A DNA stretch of 64,000 bases from an uncultured Acidobacteriota bacterium (GCA_963774855.1 CAVZGT010000005.1:298714-362713), one strand, 5' to 3'; counted from the first letter of the stretch, positions 44,760-55,001 are shown. Numbers and translations are program-made. Notes: a model not told the origin generated them from the letters alone.

Positions 44760-47258
44760 TCACGTCCGCCGAAGCGCGATGGCCGGATCGACGTGCATCG
44801 CGCGGAGGGCGGGAATCACCGACGCGGTGAGACCCGCAATCGCGAGCACGGCACATCCGCTGACAAACGTCAGCGGATCGGTTGCCGTCACGCCGAACAA
44901 CTGCGCTTCGATGTACCGCGTGCCCAGGAGCGCACCCGCGAGACCGAGTGCCAGGCCAATCCCGAGCAGTCGAAATCCCTGCCCCAACAGCAGGGTGACA
45001 ATCGACGCCGGTTGCGCACCCATGGCGAGGCGAATCCCGATTTCCCGTGTCCGCTGGGTCGCGGCGTGCGCCATCACGCCGTAGAGGCCAAACACCGCGA
45101 GGATCAACGCGACGGCGCCAAACAGGCCGACGAGTGTGGCCATCATCCGTTGCGTGCTCAGCGTTCGGTCGAGGACATCGCTGAGCAGCTGCGGACGCTC
45201 GACGGCAAGCTGGCTGTCGGCCTGCCGCACGGCTTCGCGAATCGCCGGCACGAGCGACATGGCGTGGCTCGCCGCGCGCACGTGCAACGCGACGCCCGAT
45301 TCGTAGTTCTGCGCCAGCAGCAAGTAATAGGCCGGCGGCCTCTCGCGCTCCAGCGTGGTGGTGTAGACCGTGTCGGGGACGACGCCGACGACGACCTGCA
45401 GCAGGCTGCGCTCGTCTCGCAGCGTTCGGCCGATCGGATCCTCGTGCGGCCAGAGCTGGTCCGCCAGGGACTTGGTCACGATTGTCACGCGCGGCGTCGT
45501 GGGACCGTCCGACGAATTGAAAAGGCGCCCATGGAGGATCGGGATGTTCATCGTTTCGAAGTAGCGATGGCTGACAACGTTGGCGCGAACGCCCAGGGCA
45601 TTGCTGTTGTCCTTCTCGAGGGGGCGGCCATCCGTGCTGACGGCGGTTGACCGCGCGCCGCCACTGAGAACCGTCATGCGCGCAGCGGCAGCAGCGGCAA
45701 CGCCCGGCAGGGCCTCGACACGGGAAAGAATCTGGTCGTACACCGCCAACCCGGCATCGGCTCCCCGTGACCCTCCTTCAAAGTAGCCGCGCGGTTCGAG
45801 ATTGAGGGAAGCGACCAGGGTCTGATCCACCTGGTAACCCAGTTCCACCGAGTACGCGTTCTCGAGCGTGCGGAGGAACAGGCCGGCTCCCACGAGGAGC
45901 ACCAGACTGACCGCGACCTGAAGGATGACGAAGGCTCCGCGCAGCCGGGTTGCGCGGGCGCCGGTCACGACGCTGCCTCCCTCCGCGCGAAGCGCCGTGG
46001 TCGTATTCCGTCGAAGCGCCTGAAGGACCGGAGCGAGGCCGAAGAGCAGCCCGCTGCCAACGCCGGCAACGAGCGTGAAGCCGAGGACGCGCGCGTTCAC
46101 GGACAGGTCAACGGCCTCCGGGATGACGAACGTGTGGAGCAGCGGCGTCGCGACGCGAACGACGAGCAGCGCCCCGATCGAGCCAAGGATCCCGAGGAGC
46201 ACGGATTCGGTGGTCCATTGACGGATGAGCCTTGCCCGGCTGGCGCCGATCGCGATCCGCACGGCGACCTCGCGCTCGCGCGACACGGACCGCGCGAGCA
46301 GCAGGCTCGCGACATTCACGCAGGCGACCAGGAGCACCATCAACACGGCCCCCGCGAGCTGCCGCAGCATCGGGCGCGTCGCGACGCGGAGGCTCCGGCC
46401 CTCGCCGAGCGGCGCCACGCTGAACCGCCGGGTGCTGTTCGAATCCGGGTACGCGGCCCGGAGGCGGCCGGCAACGACTTCGGCGCGTGCCGCCACCTGC
46501 TCGATACCGGCGCCGCTCGGCAACCGGCCCACCAGACTCAACCCTCTCGAACGGCGCAGGTCGAAGATCCGCGAATGACCGCGCGAGCGCCGCACGGCCG
46601 CCGACGGCGGATCGACCTCGGGCTGCAGCGCCGTCGGGACCCACGCGTCCGGCGCAACGCCGACGAGCGGGCCGACGAATCCCGGCGGAGCGACGCCGAT
46701 GAGCACATACGGGTTGCCGTTGAGGCGAATCGTCCGGCCGATCGACGACTGGTCGGCGTTGAACACCCGCTGCCAGAGCGCATGCGAGATGACCGCCACG
46801 CGAACCGGGGCCCCGAGTCGATCGTCGTCGGGCGTCAACGCGCGGCCGAATCGGGTTTTGATCCCAAGAACCTCGAAGTAGTTGCCGCTCACGAGCTGCC
46901 CGGCCAGAGGCTCCGGGTGACCGTTCGCGTCCATCGTGAGTGACACCGGCGTGTAGGCCGCCAGCGACGCGAACGTCCCACTGTCGCGCAAGTCGAAATA
47001 GTCCGGATAGGACGAGTTCGAGTAGGGGTTGTTGCCGGACGACGTGTAGACGTCAACGAGGCTGTCGGGATCGGCGACAAGGGCGTCGCGGAGAAGGACC
47101 GCGTCCACGGCGCTGAAGATGACCGCGTTCGCGCCTATGCCAAGCGCGAGAGTCGCGATGACCGTTACCGCGAAGGTCGGCGCGCGCAGCAGTGCCCGGA
47201 GCGCATACCGGACATCACGATCGAGATCGGACAGCATGACGACTCCCTTGTGAGACAC
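44760..47258 (-). CDS. ADOP-type MacB/FtsX-family permease
   Basis: 832 aa. MSHKGVVMLSDLDRDVRYALRALLRAPTFAVTVIATLALGIGANAVIFSAVDAVLL .. TREIGIRLAMGAQ .. VDPAIALRRT. Confidence 0.9.
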   Translation of the reverse strand: MSHKGVVMLSDLDRDVRYALRALLRAPTFAVTVIATLALGIGANAVIFSAVDAVLLRDALVADPDSLVDVYTSSGNNPYSNSSYPDYFDLRDSGTFASLAAYTPVSLTMDANGHPEPLAGQLVSGNYFEVLGIKTRFGRALTPDDDRLGAPVRVAVISHALWQRVFNADQSSIGRTIRLNGNPYVLIGVAPPGFVGPLVGVAPDAWVPTALQPEVDPPSAAVRRSRGHSRIFDLRRSRGLSLVGRLPSGAGIEQVAARAEVVAGRLRAAYPDSNSTRRFSVAPLGEGRSLRVATRPMLRQLAGAVLMVLLVACVNVASLLLARSVSREREVAVRIAIGASRARLIRQWTTESVLLGILGSIGALLVVRVATPLLHTFVIPEAVDLSVNARVLGFTLVAGVGSGLLFGLAPVLQALRRNTTTALRAEGGSVVTGARATRLRGAFVILQVAVSLVLLVGAGLFLRTLENAYSVELGYQVDQTLVASLNLEPRGYFEGGSRGADAGLAVYDQILSRVEALPGVAAAAAARMTVLSGGARSTAVSTDGRPLEKDNSNALGVRANVVSHRYFETMNIPILHGRLFNSSDGPTTPRVTIVTKSLADQLWPHEDPIGRTLRDERSLLQVVVGVVPDTVYTTTLERERPPAYYLLLAQNYESGVALHVRAASHAMSLVPAIREAVRQADSQLAVERPQLLSDVLDRTLSTQRMMATLVGLFGAVALILAVFGLYGVMAHAATQRTREIGIRLAMGAQPASIVTLLLGQGFRLLGIGLALGLAGALLGTRYIEAQLFGVTATDPLTFVSGCAVLAIAGLTASVIPALRAMHVDPAIALRRT

Positions 47259-47476
47259 GCGTGCCTTGGCAGGAGTTTAGACGGCGCAACGGGGGTTCAG
47301 TTAGCCGGACCCGCACGTAACACTACTCAGCTGGCCGCACGTCGTACGGTCATACAACTCGGCGATACTCGCGCGAATCCTCTTTTGTTTCTGGTTTCCC
47401 TGAGGCCAGCGGTTTGCAATGGCCGGGCCGCGCACCTCTGCCAGGAGCGCCCGATGAAACTCGAGGAGGACGAGTG

Positions 47477-50400
47477 ATGCGGATCCTGTGGAAGTTCGGC
47501 GGCCTGGTAGCCGCCTTGACGGCGATCGTCTCGCCCGCCTGGGCACAAACACTGACAATGCAGCGCGACGACCATCCCTCGACGAGCAGTGCGCGTGGTA
47601 TCGCGGCGGCCGATTTCAACCGCGACGGTTGGACCGACATCGTCACGGCGCACAACGATCCGGACGGCGTCGCGGTGCTGCTGAACCGCGGAGCAGCCGG
47701 GGGCTACACCCACGCATTCATATCTCTCCCAGGCGGACCGTTCGACCTGGTGACCGGCGACATCAACAAGGACGGCAGGCTGGACATCGCCGTCGCCAAC
47801 CCGGATGCGAACCTGATCAACGTGCTGTTCGGCAACGGCGACGGCACCTTCCGGACGCCCCTGAACGTCGGCGCGCGTTTCCAGCCGCGCAGCCTGGCGA
47901 TTGCCGACATCGACAGGGACAGCTACCCCGATATCGTCTTCACCGGTACTTCAACCGGAGCGTGACGATCTACTACGGTAACGGCGCTGGAGATTTTCTC
48001 AGCAGGCAGCCGGCATCGATGGGACCGGTCGGCGACAACCCGCAGGGCGTCGCCGTGGCCGACTTCAACGTCGACGGATGGCCGGATTTCGTCGTCGCGG
48101 GATCGGCCGGCGGCGGCCTCACGATGGTGCTGCAGACCCCGGGCCAGGACCCGCACTTCAATTTGTTCGCGCTGCGCCCCTTGAACGGGCCGCAGCAGCA
48201 GAACGTCGTCACCACCGGCGATTTCGATGGAGACGGACGGCCCGACGTCGCGGCGGCATCGACGGGCACCAGCGACGTGACGATTGTCCTGAACAGCCGC
48301 GCCGGCATGACGACGCGCGTCTACTCGACGAGCGGCAGCTCCGCCCGCGGAATCGTCGCGGTCGACCTCGACCGTGACGGCGCGCTCGATGTCGTCACCG
48401 CGAATCGCGGCACGAGCACGCTCGAGGTGCTCGACGGCCACGGTGACGGCACATTTGCCGCCGCCACCGGCTTCGCCGCCGGTACGGGAAGCCGCGCCGT
48501 TGCCGCGGGCGACTTCGACAACGACGGCCGGATCGATCTGGCGAGCGGCAACGAGTACTCCGCGACGATGACCGTCCTGTCGAACACGACGGCCTTTCCG
48601 CGGAGTGCATATGCATTTCGGCGGGAGCAGCTCGGTCCCCAGGACAACGGGTTCCTGGGGCCGGTAACCGTCGACGTGGCGGACTTCGACAATGACGGCA
48701 AGCTGGACGCGGTCACGGACAACGGCGGGTTGCTCGTGTTGTTCGGCAACGGGCGACGCACGCAGATCGCGGTCAGGGGAAGGAATGTGATCGCCGCGCG
48801 TCTCAACCGGGACGGCAACACGGATGTGCTCACGTTGCAGCGAGGCTTCGACCCCGGCAGCCGCACGCGCATCGAGGTGTTTCTCGGCGATGGCACCGGC
48901 GCCTTCCCGGGACGCCGGACGACGCAGACGTCACTGGTCGCCTTCAATGACGCGACGGCCGACTTCAACGGCGACGGCCTGGTCGATGTCGCGCTCGCGG
49001 GTGAAGGCCAGATTCAGGTGCTCCTGGGTAACGGCGACGGCGGGTTCGCGATGAGGGCCTCCCTGACCACGCCGGTCACGGCCAACGATCTGTCCCCCGG
49101 CGATCTGGATCGCGACGGAGACGCCGACTTGGTGGCCGGCGGGCCGGCGAGCGTCGTCGCCTGGCTGAACGACGGCACGGGACATTTCGGGCCCGCGCGG
49201 GCGACGACGGTCTACGCGATGGACGCCATTTACGGCGCGAGCCTGGGCGACGTCAACCACGACGGCTATCTCGATTACGCGGTCGCCGGCAGTCCCCGTG
49301 AGTTTTCGACGGCGCAGCGGGCCGCGCTGCTCCTCGGCGGCCCCTCGGGGTTCCAGCCGCCGGCCTACCTCGCGACACGGGAGAACATCGCCGACACGGT
49401 TGTGGCGGACATCACGCTGGATGGCAACCCGGACATCGTCTGCGATAACGGCGTCATCTTCCCGGGCCACGGCGACGGCACCTTCGGCGCACCGGAGCTC
49501 TTCGAGTGGTATGCGCCGGACATTCACGTCGTCGATTTCAACGGCGACGGCTTGCCCGACGTGGTCTCGCCGTACTCCGTCGGCAGCGTGCAGATCATCG
49601 TCAACCAACGCCGCGACGACAACACCGCACCGACGGTGGATCTCGGACCGGACCTCACGTACCAGGTCCGGCCCCCAGTTCGCCGACAGTAACGAGAGCG
49701 AGTTCTGGGCGCGCGGCACCGATGCGGAAATGCACAGGCTGACGGTCCGCTGGACGTATCCGGACGGGCGTGTCCTCGACACGGACACGTTCCCATTCCT
49801 CGACGTGCCGATTCTGAATCCGGGACGCTACGAGTTCTTCGTCGAGGTGAGCGACGGCCGCGGCGGTATTGCCAGGGACTCCATCGTCGTCACCGTGACG
49901 CCGTCAAAGGAGATCGTGCTGCACATCGGCGACATGTGGTCCACGTTTGTGCAAGGGAACTGGCAGCGGCTGGCCGACTCGACCGCGGGCAGCGGCATGG
50001 CCCTGCACGACGTCAACGCCGGCGCGCCCAAAGTGACCACGCCGCTGGCGAATCCGTCGAGCTACGCCGACATCGGATTCGCGGCCGACCCGACGCAGAC
50101 CTACAAGCTGTGGGTTCGCTTGAAGGCGGACGGCAACCAGCCTTCGAACGATTCGCTCTGGCTGCAGTTCAGCGACGCCGTCGACGCCGGCGGCAGGACG
50201 ATCGCCCCCGGATCGACGTCCGGCATCGAAGTCGTGCTCGAGGAGTGCTCGGGGTGCGGCGAGTCGGGCTGGGGCTGGCGCGATGAAGCCTGGGGCCAGC
50301 GGGACATGATCGGGACCCTGAGGTTGCGGTTCCCGAACGGTGGATGGCAGACGCTCAGGCTCCAGTCACGGGAGGACGGCGTGTCCGTCGATCAGGTCGT

Positions 50401-50482
50401 GCTCTCGTCTGAGAAGTACCTGACGACCCGGCCGGGGACGGTAAAGGACGACAACACCATCGTGCCAAGGCTGTTTTACTGA
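47477..50482 (+). pseudogene. secreted FG-GAP/VCBS repeat (integrin-alpha-like beta-propeller) protein with C-terminal beta-sandwich domains, two frame breaks (~47947, 49672-49676)
   Basis: ATG 47477 gives MRILWKFGGLVAALTAIVSPAWAQ. There are more than 12 FG-GAP units (DFNRDGWTDIV, GDINKDGRLDIAV, DIDRDSYPDIV | FNRSVTIYYGNGAGDF, DFNVDGWPDFV, GDFDGDGRPDVA, VDLDRDGALDVV, GDFDNDGRIDLA ..). The second break is at a C5 run (..LTYQVRP | QFADSNESEFWARG..). The sequence then continues to ..VVLSSEKYLTTRPGTVKDDNTIVPRLFY. Confidence 0.8.
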
Positions 50483-50994
50483 GCGGGTGGAACCCAACCC
50501 GGCGGATGTTCCGGCCACACGGGATCGGGACTCACGGGCATGGGCTGATCGGGGCCGAGCCGGTCGGCCGTGATGTCCGCGACCACGAAGTTCTCCGGAG
50601 GTACGGGCACGCCCGCGAGCCGGCGGAGCATCGTGAGCTGCCCTGCGTGCGTCATCGCATCTGCGAAAGGTCCCTGAAGCAGCTGCTCGGGACGGATATC
50701 GCGAAGCGCCGTGCCCTGCTCCAGATGCGCCGCCAAATCGGCGAGCATCTCATGGAACCGCTCGATCTCGGCGGCAAGGGTCGGCAGCGGTTCCGGGCGG
50801 TAGCGGCCACCGACGAAGTAAGTGCGCGCGTACCCGAGCACGCTGGTCATGTGCCGCACCAGCTCGGCCGGAGTTCGCACGTCGTGCCCCGCCTGGAACT
50901 CGGCAAAGGTGGGCGGCGCACCGCGCAGCGCCTTCTGCGTTCGGTAGGCCAGGGCCGCCAGAAAATGGCGGAGCATCGCCCGTTTCTCGTCCAT
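50476..50994 (-). CDS. DinB-like four-helix-bundle family protein
   Basis: ATG 50994 behind GGAGGG gives MDEKRAMLRHFLAALAYRTQKAL.. Conserved His positions (VRHMTSVLGY, AMTHAGQLTMLRR). 172 aa. The family call is tentative. Confidence 0.5.
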   Translation of the reverse strand: MDEKRAMLRHFLAALAYRTQKALRGAPPTFAEFQAGHDVRTPAELVRHMTSVLGYARTYFVGGRYRPEPLPTLAAEIERFHEMLADLAAHLEQGTALRDIRPEQLLQGPFADAMTHAGQLTMLRRLAGVPVPPENFVVADITADRLGPDQPMPVSPDPVWPEHPPGWVPPAQ

Positions 50995-51191
50995 GGTCGC
51001 TTGTCCCTCCGGGTCAACGATCGCGCGTCGCGCTTTACTTGACACTCAAGTGAAGATGTCACACGGTTCAGTCGAAGGTCAAGCATCGGGACCGAACACA
51101 TGGACGCGGAGTGACATGACGCTCGAGAAGGGCTAACGTGCACGCTGATTGGGCCGGCTGACGCACGCCGGTTGTGGCTCGAGGTGGATCG

Positions 51192-52358
51192 ATGAGACGA
51201 CGGACGTTTCTGGCGGCGGGCGGCGCGGCTCTCGGGGCCGCCCTCCTCCCCGTCACGGCGTGTTCGCGAACCGGCCGGGAATCGGCCGAATCGCCGGCGC
51301 CCTCCCGTGCCCTGATCGCGGACCTCGAGAAACAGCTTCCGCAGCTGATGGCCGACCACTTCGTGCCGGGACTGTCGATCGCTCTCGTCAGAGACGCGCG
51401 AGTCGTGTGGCGCCGCGGGTTCGGCGTGGCGGATCGCGCGTCCGGGAAGCCGGTCGATACCGACACGGTGTTTGCGGCGCAGTCCACGAGCAAGCCCGTG
51501 TTTGCATATGCCGTTCTGAAACTGTGCGAGAAAGGGGTACTCGATCTCGATACCCCGCTCACGAAGTACACCCCCGAGCGGGTGCTGGCGGGCGACGCGC
51601 GCCTCGATCTCATTACCGCGCGGCATGTGCTCTCTCACACCAGCGGTTTTCAGAACTGGCGCTCCGGGACCGAGCCCCTCGAGATTCATTTCGCTCCCGG
51701 CGAGCGCTGGCTGTACTCGGGCGAAGGCTACAGCTACCTGCAGTCGGTCGTGACGCACTTGACGGGTCACGTCACGGTCAACGCGTGCGGGAACTATGAG
51801 GCCGGCGTCAGGGTCTGCGCCACCGACATCGACGAGTACATGAAGGCCAACCTGCTCGTGCCGTTTGGCATGTCGTCGAGCGGGTACGTGTGGAACACGA
51901 CGTTCGAGGCCCGGGCGGCACGGCCACACGACTCGAAGGGCACGCCGCTCCCCACGAAAATGAATCCGACCGCCACGGATGCGGCGCGGTATGCCTCGGC
52001 GGGTGCTCTGCTCACAACGCCGACGGAGTACGCGCAGTTCCTCACCGAAGTCATCAACCCGAAGAAGAGCGACGCGTTTCGCCTGACGCGAGAGAGCCTC
52101 GATGAAATGGTTCGCCCGGTGGCCAGGGTTCCTGACGATCCACGGTCGAGCTCGTGGGCACTGGGATGGCAGGTCTTCGATACCGCCGCCGGTCCGGTGA
52201 TCGCGCACGGAGGAAACGGCCCGGGGTTCCACGCGTTCGTGGCCGCGTCGGTGCCGCTGAAGTCCGCCTTTGTCGTGATGACGAATGGCGACCTTGGCTG
52301 GCGGGTCATCGAGAAAATCACGTCCGGCGAAGCCATCACGCGGCTTCTTCGGGCCTAG
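51192..52358 (+). CDS. serine hydrolase, beta-lactamase/PBP fold (class C-like), Tat-type signal
   Basis: ATG 51192 gives MRRRTFLAAGGAALGAALLPVTAC. SxxK nucleophile in FAAQSTSKPVFAYAVL. HVLSHTSGF. YSGEGYSYL. HGGNGPGF near the C-terminus. Confidence 0.85.
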   Translation: MRRRTFLAAGGAALGAALLPVTACSRTGRESAESPAPSRALIADLEKQLPQLMADHFVPGLSIALVRDARVVWRRGFGVADRASGKPVDTDTVFAAQSTSKPVFAYAVLKLCEKGVLDLDTPLTKYTPERVLAGDARLDLITARHVLSHTSGFQNWRSGTEPLEIHFAPGERWLYSGEGYSYLQSVVTHLTGHVTVNACGNYEAGVRVCATDIDEYMKANLLVPFGMSSSGYVWNTTFEARAARPHDSKGTPLPTKMNPTATDAARYASAGALLTTPTEYAQFLTEVINPKKSDAFRLTRESLDEMVRPVARVPDDPRSSSWALGWQVFDTAAGPVIAHGGNGPGFHAFVAASVPLKSAFVVMTNGDLGWRVIEKITSGEAITRLLRA

Positions 52359-52449
52359 TGGCCTGCCTCCGCCATCGCGCGTGCTACACTGCGCGGCCGT
52401 GCGGGATCCAAATGGACAGGGTCACGTGTTCAGCTGCTAGGAGGTTCCG

Positions 52450-52590
52450 ATGCACAGCACCGGCAGTGGCGGCCTGGGGGCCGTTTCGTTTGGCATCAGC
52501 GAGGCCCTTCTCGGCCTGATCGTACTTGTCGCGATTCTGTTTGGCCTGTGGAAGCTGGTGCACGTGATCTGGGCAGCCCTTTCAAACTGA
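52450..52590 (+). CDS. 46-aa single-pass membrane protein (unlisted small ORF)
   Basis: AGGAGG (52439-52444), 5 nt, ATG. MHSTGSGGLGAVSFGISEALLGLIVLVAILFGLWKLVHVIWAALSN. Too short for the ORF track. It lies where the aldolase ORF tail is clearly spurious. Confidence 0.45.
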   Translation: MHSTGSGGLGAVSFGISEALLGLIVLVAILFGLWKLVHVIWAALSN

Positions 52591-52641
52591 CCCGCTCACG
52601 TTCCCCGAACCCTTCGAGCATCTCCGCGAGGGTCGCTGCGT

Positions 52642-53686
52642 CTATGGCCAGCAGGACGCCGGATCCCGGGCCGGCGCGGGGGCGGCCGGCGCCGTGGCCC
52701 GTGCGCCGGGCGCCAGGCCGATCACCGGCTCCTCGTCCGGTCCGGTCCCGCGGCCACGACCGCGAGCGGCCGGCCGCCAGCCGTCGCACGCGGGTCCGTT
52801 CTGGACCATGCGCGTGTCGGCGCTCACCGTATACCCCGTCAGGGTACTGCTCGCCGGCGTTCCCGTCGTACTTGCCGTACTTGAGCGCGGCGTCGTGGAC
52901 CTTGATGATCGCATCCTGATAGCGAGGGTCGTGCTGGGGCCAGCCGGAAAAGCTGGACAGATCGTTGTTGCCCAGGATGATGACGTCGACGCCGTGCGTG
53001 GCCGCGATCTCGTTGGCCATCGCCACGCCTTCCAGCGTTTCAATCATCACCGTCACGAGCATGTTGTCGTTGATCGTCGCGCGATAGTTCAGGCCCGGCG
53101 CGTTCCAGATCTCGCGATAGGCGCCGCCGCCGGCGCTGCGGCGTCCGAACGGGGGATAGCGGGAGAAGCGGGCCGCGTCACGCGCTTCCAGCGCATCGTC
53201 GACCGTGGGAACGATGATCCCGAGGGCGCCAAGGTCGGTGGCTTTCTGAATGCTCGACTCGAGCGCATCGGGCATGCGGACCATCGGCGCGGCGCCGACG
53301 CGAGGGCAGGCCATGATCATGCGCCGCACCTCGTCGTAGGACATCGTGCTGTGCTGCATCTCGAACCAGATGTAGTCGAAGTGCTTGCCGACCTCGCAGT
53401 ACAGCTCCGGGTCGAAGCTGGAGATGGTGTAGCTCGTGATCTGCTTGTCCTGCAGCAGCCGCTCTTTCGCCCGGTTGTAGAGGGGCCGCGGGGTCGCGGG
53501 ATTCATCATCGCCTTGACCTGCCAGCCCCAGCCGCGCTCGTCGGCTTTCGCCGGCGCCAGCGTGCCGCCAACCGGCGCGCCGGCAGGCCGGGCCGTTGCC
53601 TGCGGAGATGTCCCCTGCGCCGACGGCACGACCATCGCGACCATCGCCGCCGCGCCAACTGCCACTGCAAGATTTATCAGCCTCAT
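52642..53686 (-). pseudogene. HpcH/HpaI-family aldolase with N-terminal signal-like peptide, frame break near 52835; 3' end uncertain
   Basis: ATG 53686 gives MRLINLAVAVGAAAMVAMVVPSAQG. HFDYIWFEMQHSTMSYDEV, PMVRMPDALESSIQKATDLGALGIIVPTVDDALEARDAARFSRYPPFGRRS, MIETLEGV. After ..NAGEQYPDG the listed frame degenerates. A shift at the C4 run 52834-52837 gives ..YTVSADTRMVQNG.., with a stop at 52642. Confidence 0.65.
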
Positions 53687-53789
53687 GCCTGCCTCCGGCG
53701 ACGGCCCCGACGAGCGGGAACTGGTTCCAGTAAGATGGCGCAGCATCATTGCACAGAACGACGGTGAACCGCAGAGGGAGGTCAATCGG

Positions 53790-54875
53790 ATGCGGACTGT
53801 GACGATCATCGGCGCAGCGCTACTGCTCCTCGTTTCGACAAGAGAATCCCCCGCGCAGACGCCCCCGGCTCAAGCCACACCGCCGGCGGCGCCGGCGGGC
53901 GAACGCGGGCAGGCGCCGCAGCGCACGCCACTCTTGCCGACTCCCCCGCTGACGGCGCCGCCGACGCCTGGCACGGACGGAAACTTCGTGATTGGTCCGC
54001 CCTATACGCCGGCCCCCGAACTGACGGTGAGGGACGGCGTGCCAAAGGGCACGGTCCGTGAGTTCACCATGGACTCGAAGGACAGCAAGATCTACCCGGG
54101 CATCGCCCGCAGCCAGCCCGGTGCGGTCGTGCCGTACACCCGCCAGGTCGCCGTCTATGTGCCCGCGCAGTACGTCCCCGGCTCGCCGGCGCCGTTCATC
54201 GTCGTGCAGGACGGCATGTCGCCGAACTACCGGAACAACCTGCCGCCGATCCTCGACAACCTCATTCACGACAAGCGCGTGCCGCCGATGGTCGCCGTCC
54301 TGGTGCACAACGGCGGCGGCGACGCCCAGGGGAGTCAGCGCGGACTGGAATACGACACCGTCTCGGGCGTCTACACCGATTTCATCGAGACCGAAGTGCT
54401 CCCGCGAATCACGAAGGACTACGGGATCGCGTTCACGCGGGATCCCGAGGGGCGCGCGACCATGGGCGGCAGTTCCGGCGCTGCGTGCGCGTTCACCATG
54501 GCGTGGTTCCACCCGGAGCTCTATCGGCGCGTCCTCTCGTATTCCGGAACCTATGTGAACCAGCAGTCGCCGCTCAATCCCGCGTCGCCGCGCGGCGCGT
54601 GGGAGTATCACGCCACGTTGATCCCCAACAACCCGGCCAAGCCAATCCGCGTCTGGATGCACGTGAGCGAGTTCGACAACCGGTATTTCGATCAGGAGGA
54701 GACCTGGCACAACTGGGTGCTGGCGAACGACCGGATGGCGGCCGCGCTCAAGGCCAAGGGTTACAAGTATCAGTACGTCTATTCCCGAGACTCACGGCAC
54801 GTCGATCGCGCCGTGGTCGCGCAGACGCTGCCCGAAGCGCTCGAGTGGCTGTGGAGGGGATATCCGAATCACTAA
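53790..54875 (+). CDS. secreted esterase (esterase D / enterochelin-esterase-like alpha/beta hydrolase)
   Basis: ATG 53790 gives MRTVTIIGAALLLLVSTRESPAQ. A Pro-rich linker follows. GxSxG in RATMGGSSGAACAF. FIVVQDG..NLPPILDNL. Confidence 0.75.
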   Translation: MRTVTIIGAALLLLVSTRESPAQTPPAQATPPAAPAGERGQAPQRTPLLPTPPLTAPPTPGTDGNFVIGPPYTPAPELTVRDGVPKGTVREFTMDSKDSKIYPGIARSQPGAVVPYTRQVAVYVPAQYVPGSPAPFIVVQDGMSPNYRNNLPPILDNLIHDKRVPPMVAVLVHNGGGDAQGSQRGLEYDTVSGVYTDFIETEVLPRITKDYGIAFTRDPEGRATMGGSSGAACAFTMAWFHPELYRRVLSYSGTYVNQQSPLNPASPRGAWEYHATLIPNNPAKPIRVWMHVSEFDNRYFDQEETWHNWVLANDRMAAALKAKGYKYQYVYSRDSRHVDRAVVAQTLPEALEWLWRGYPNH

Positions 54876-54975
54876 TCACTAATCGCTCAATCCTTGAATC
54901 GATCAGCTTGAAACGCTGAGCCCTTGCATCCTTGAATCAATGATTCCAAGATTCAAGGATCCGTGATTAGTGATT
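54867..54975. terminator. AT-rich nested hairpin between convergent genes (candidate bidirectional terminator)
   Basis: Outer stem AATCACTAATCAC (54867-54879) pairs with GTGATTAGTGATT (54963-54975). An inner hairpin is formed by ATCCTTGAATC (54928-54938, also 54890-54900) and GATTCAAGGAT (54950-54960). It contains the esterase stop codon. Confidence 0.55.
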
Positions 54976-55001
54976 GTGTTTGGTCCGTGTTCATCCGCGG
55001 C

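Noticed and set aside
52496-52641. Last ~50 codons of ORF 52496..53809
   Set aside because: They are Arg/Gly/Pro-rich and follow the frame break at ~52835. They also overlap a small plus-strand ORF with a consensus RBS. The aldolase more plausibly ends at 52642 in the shifted frame.
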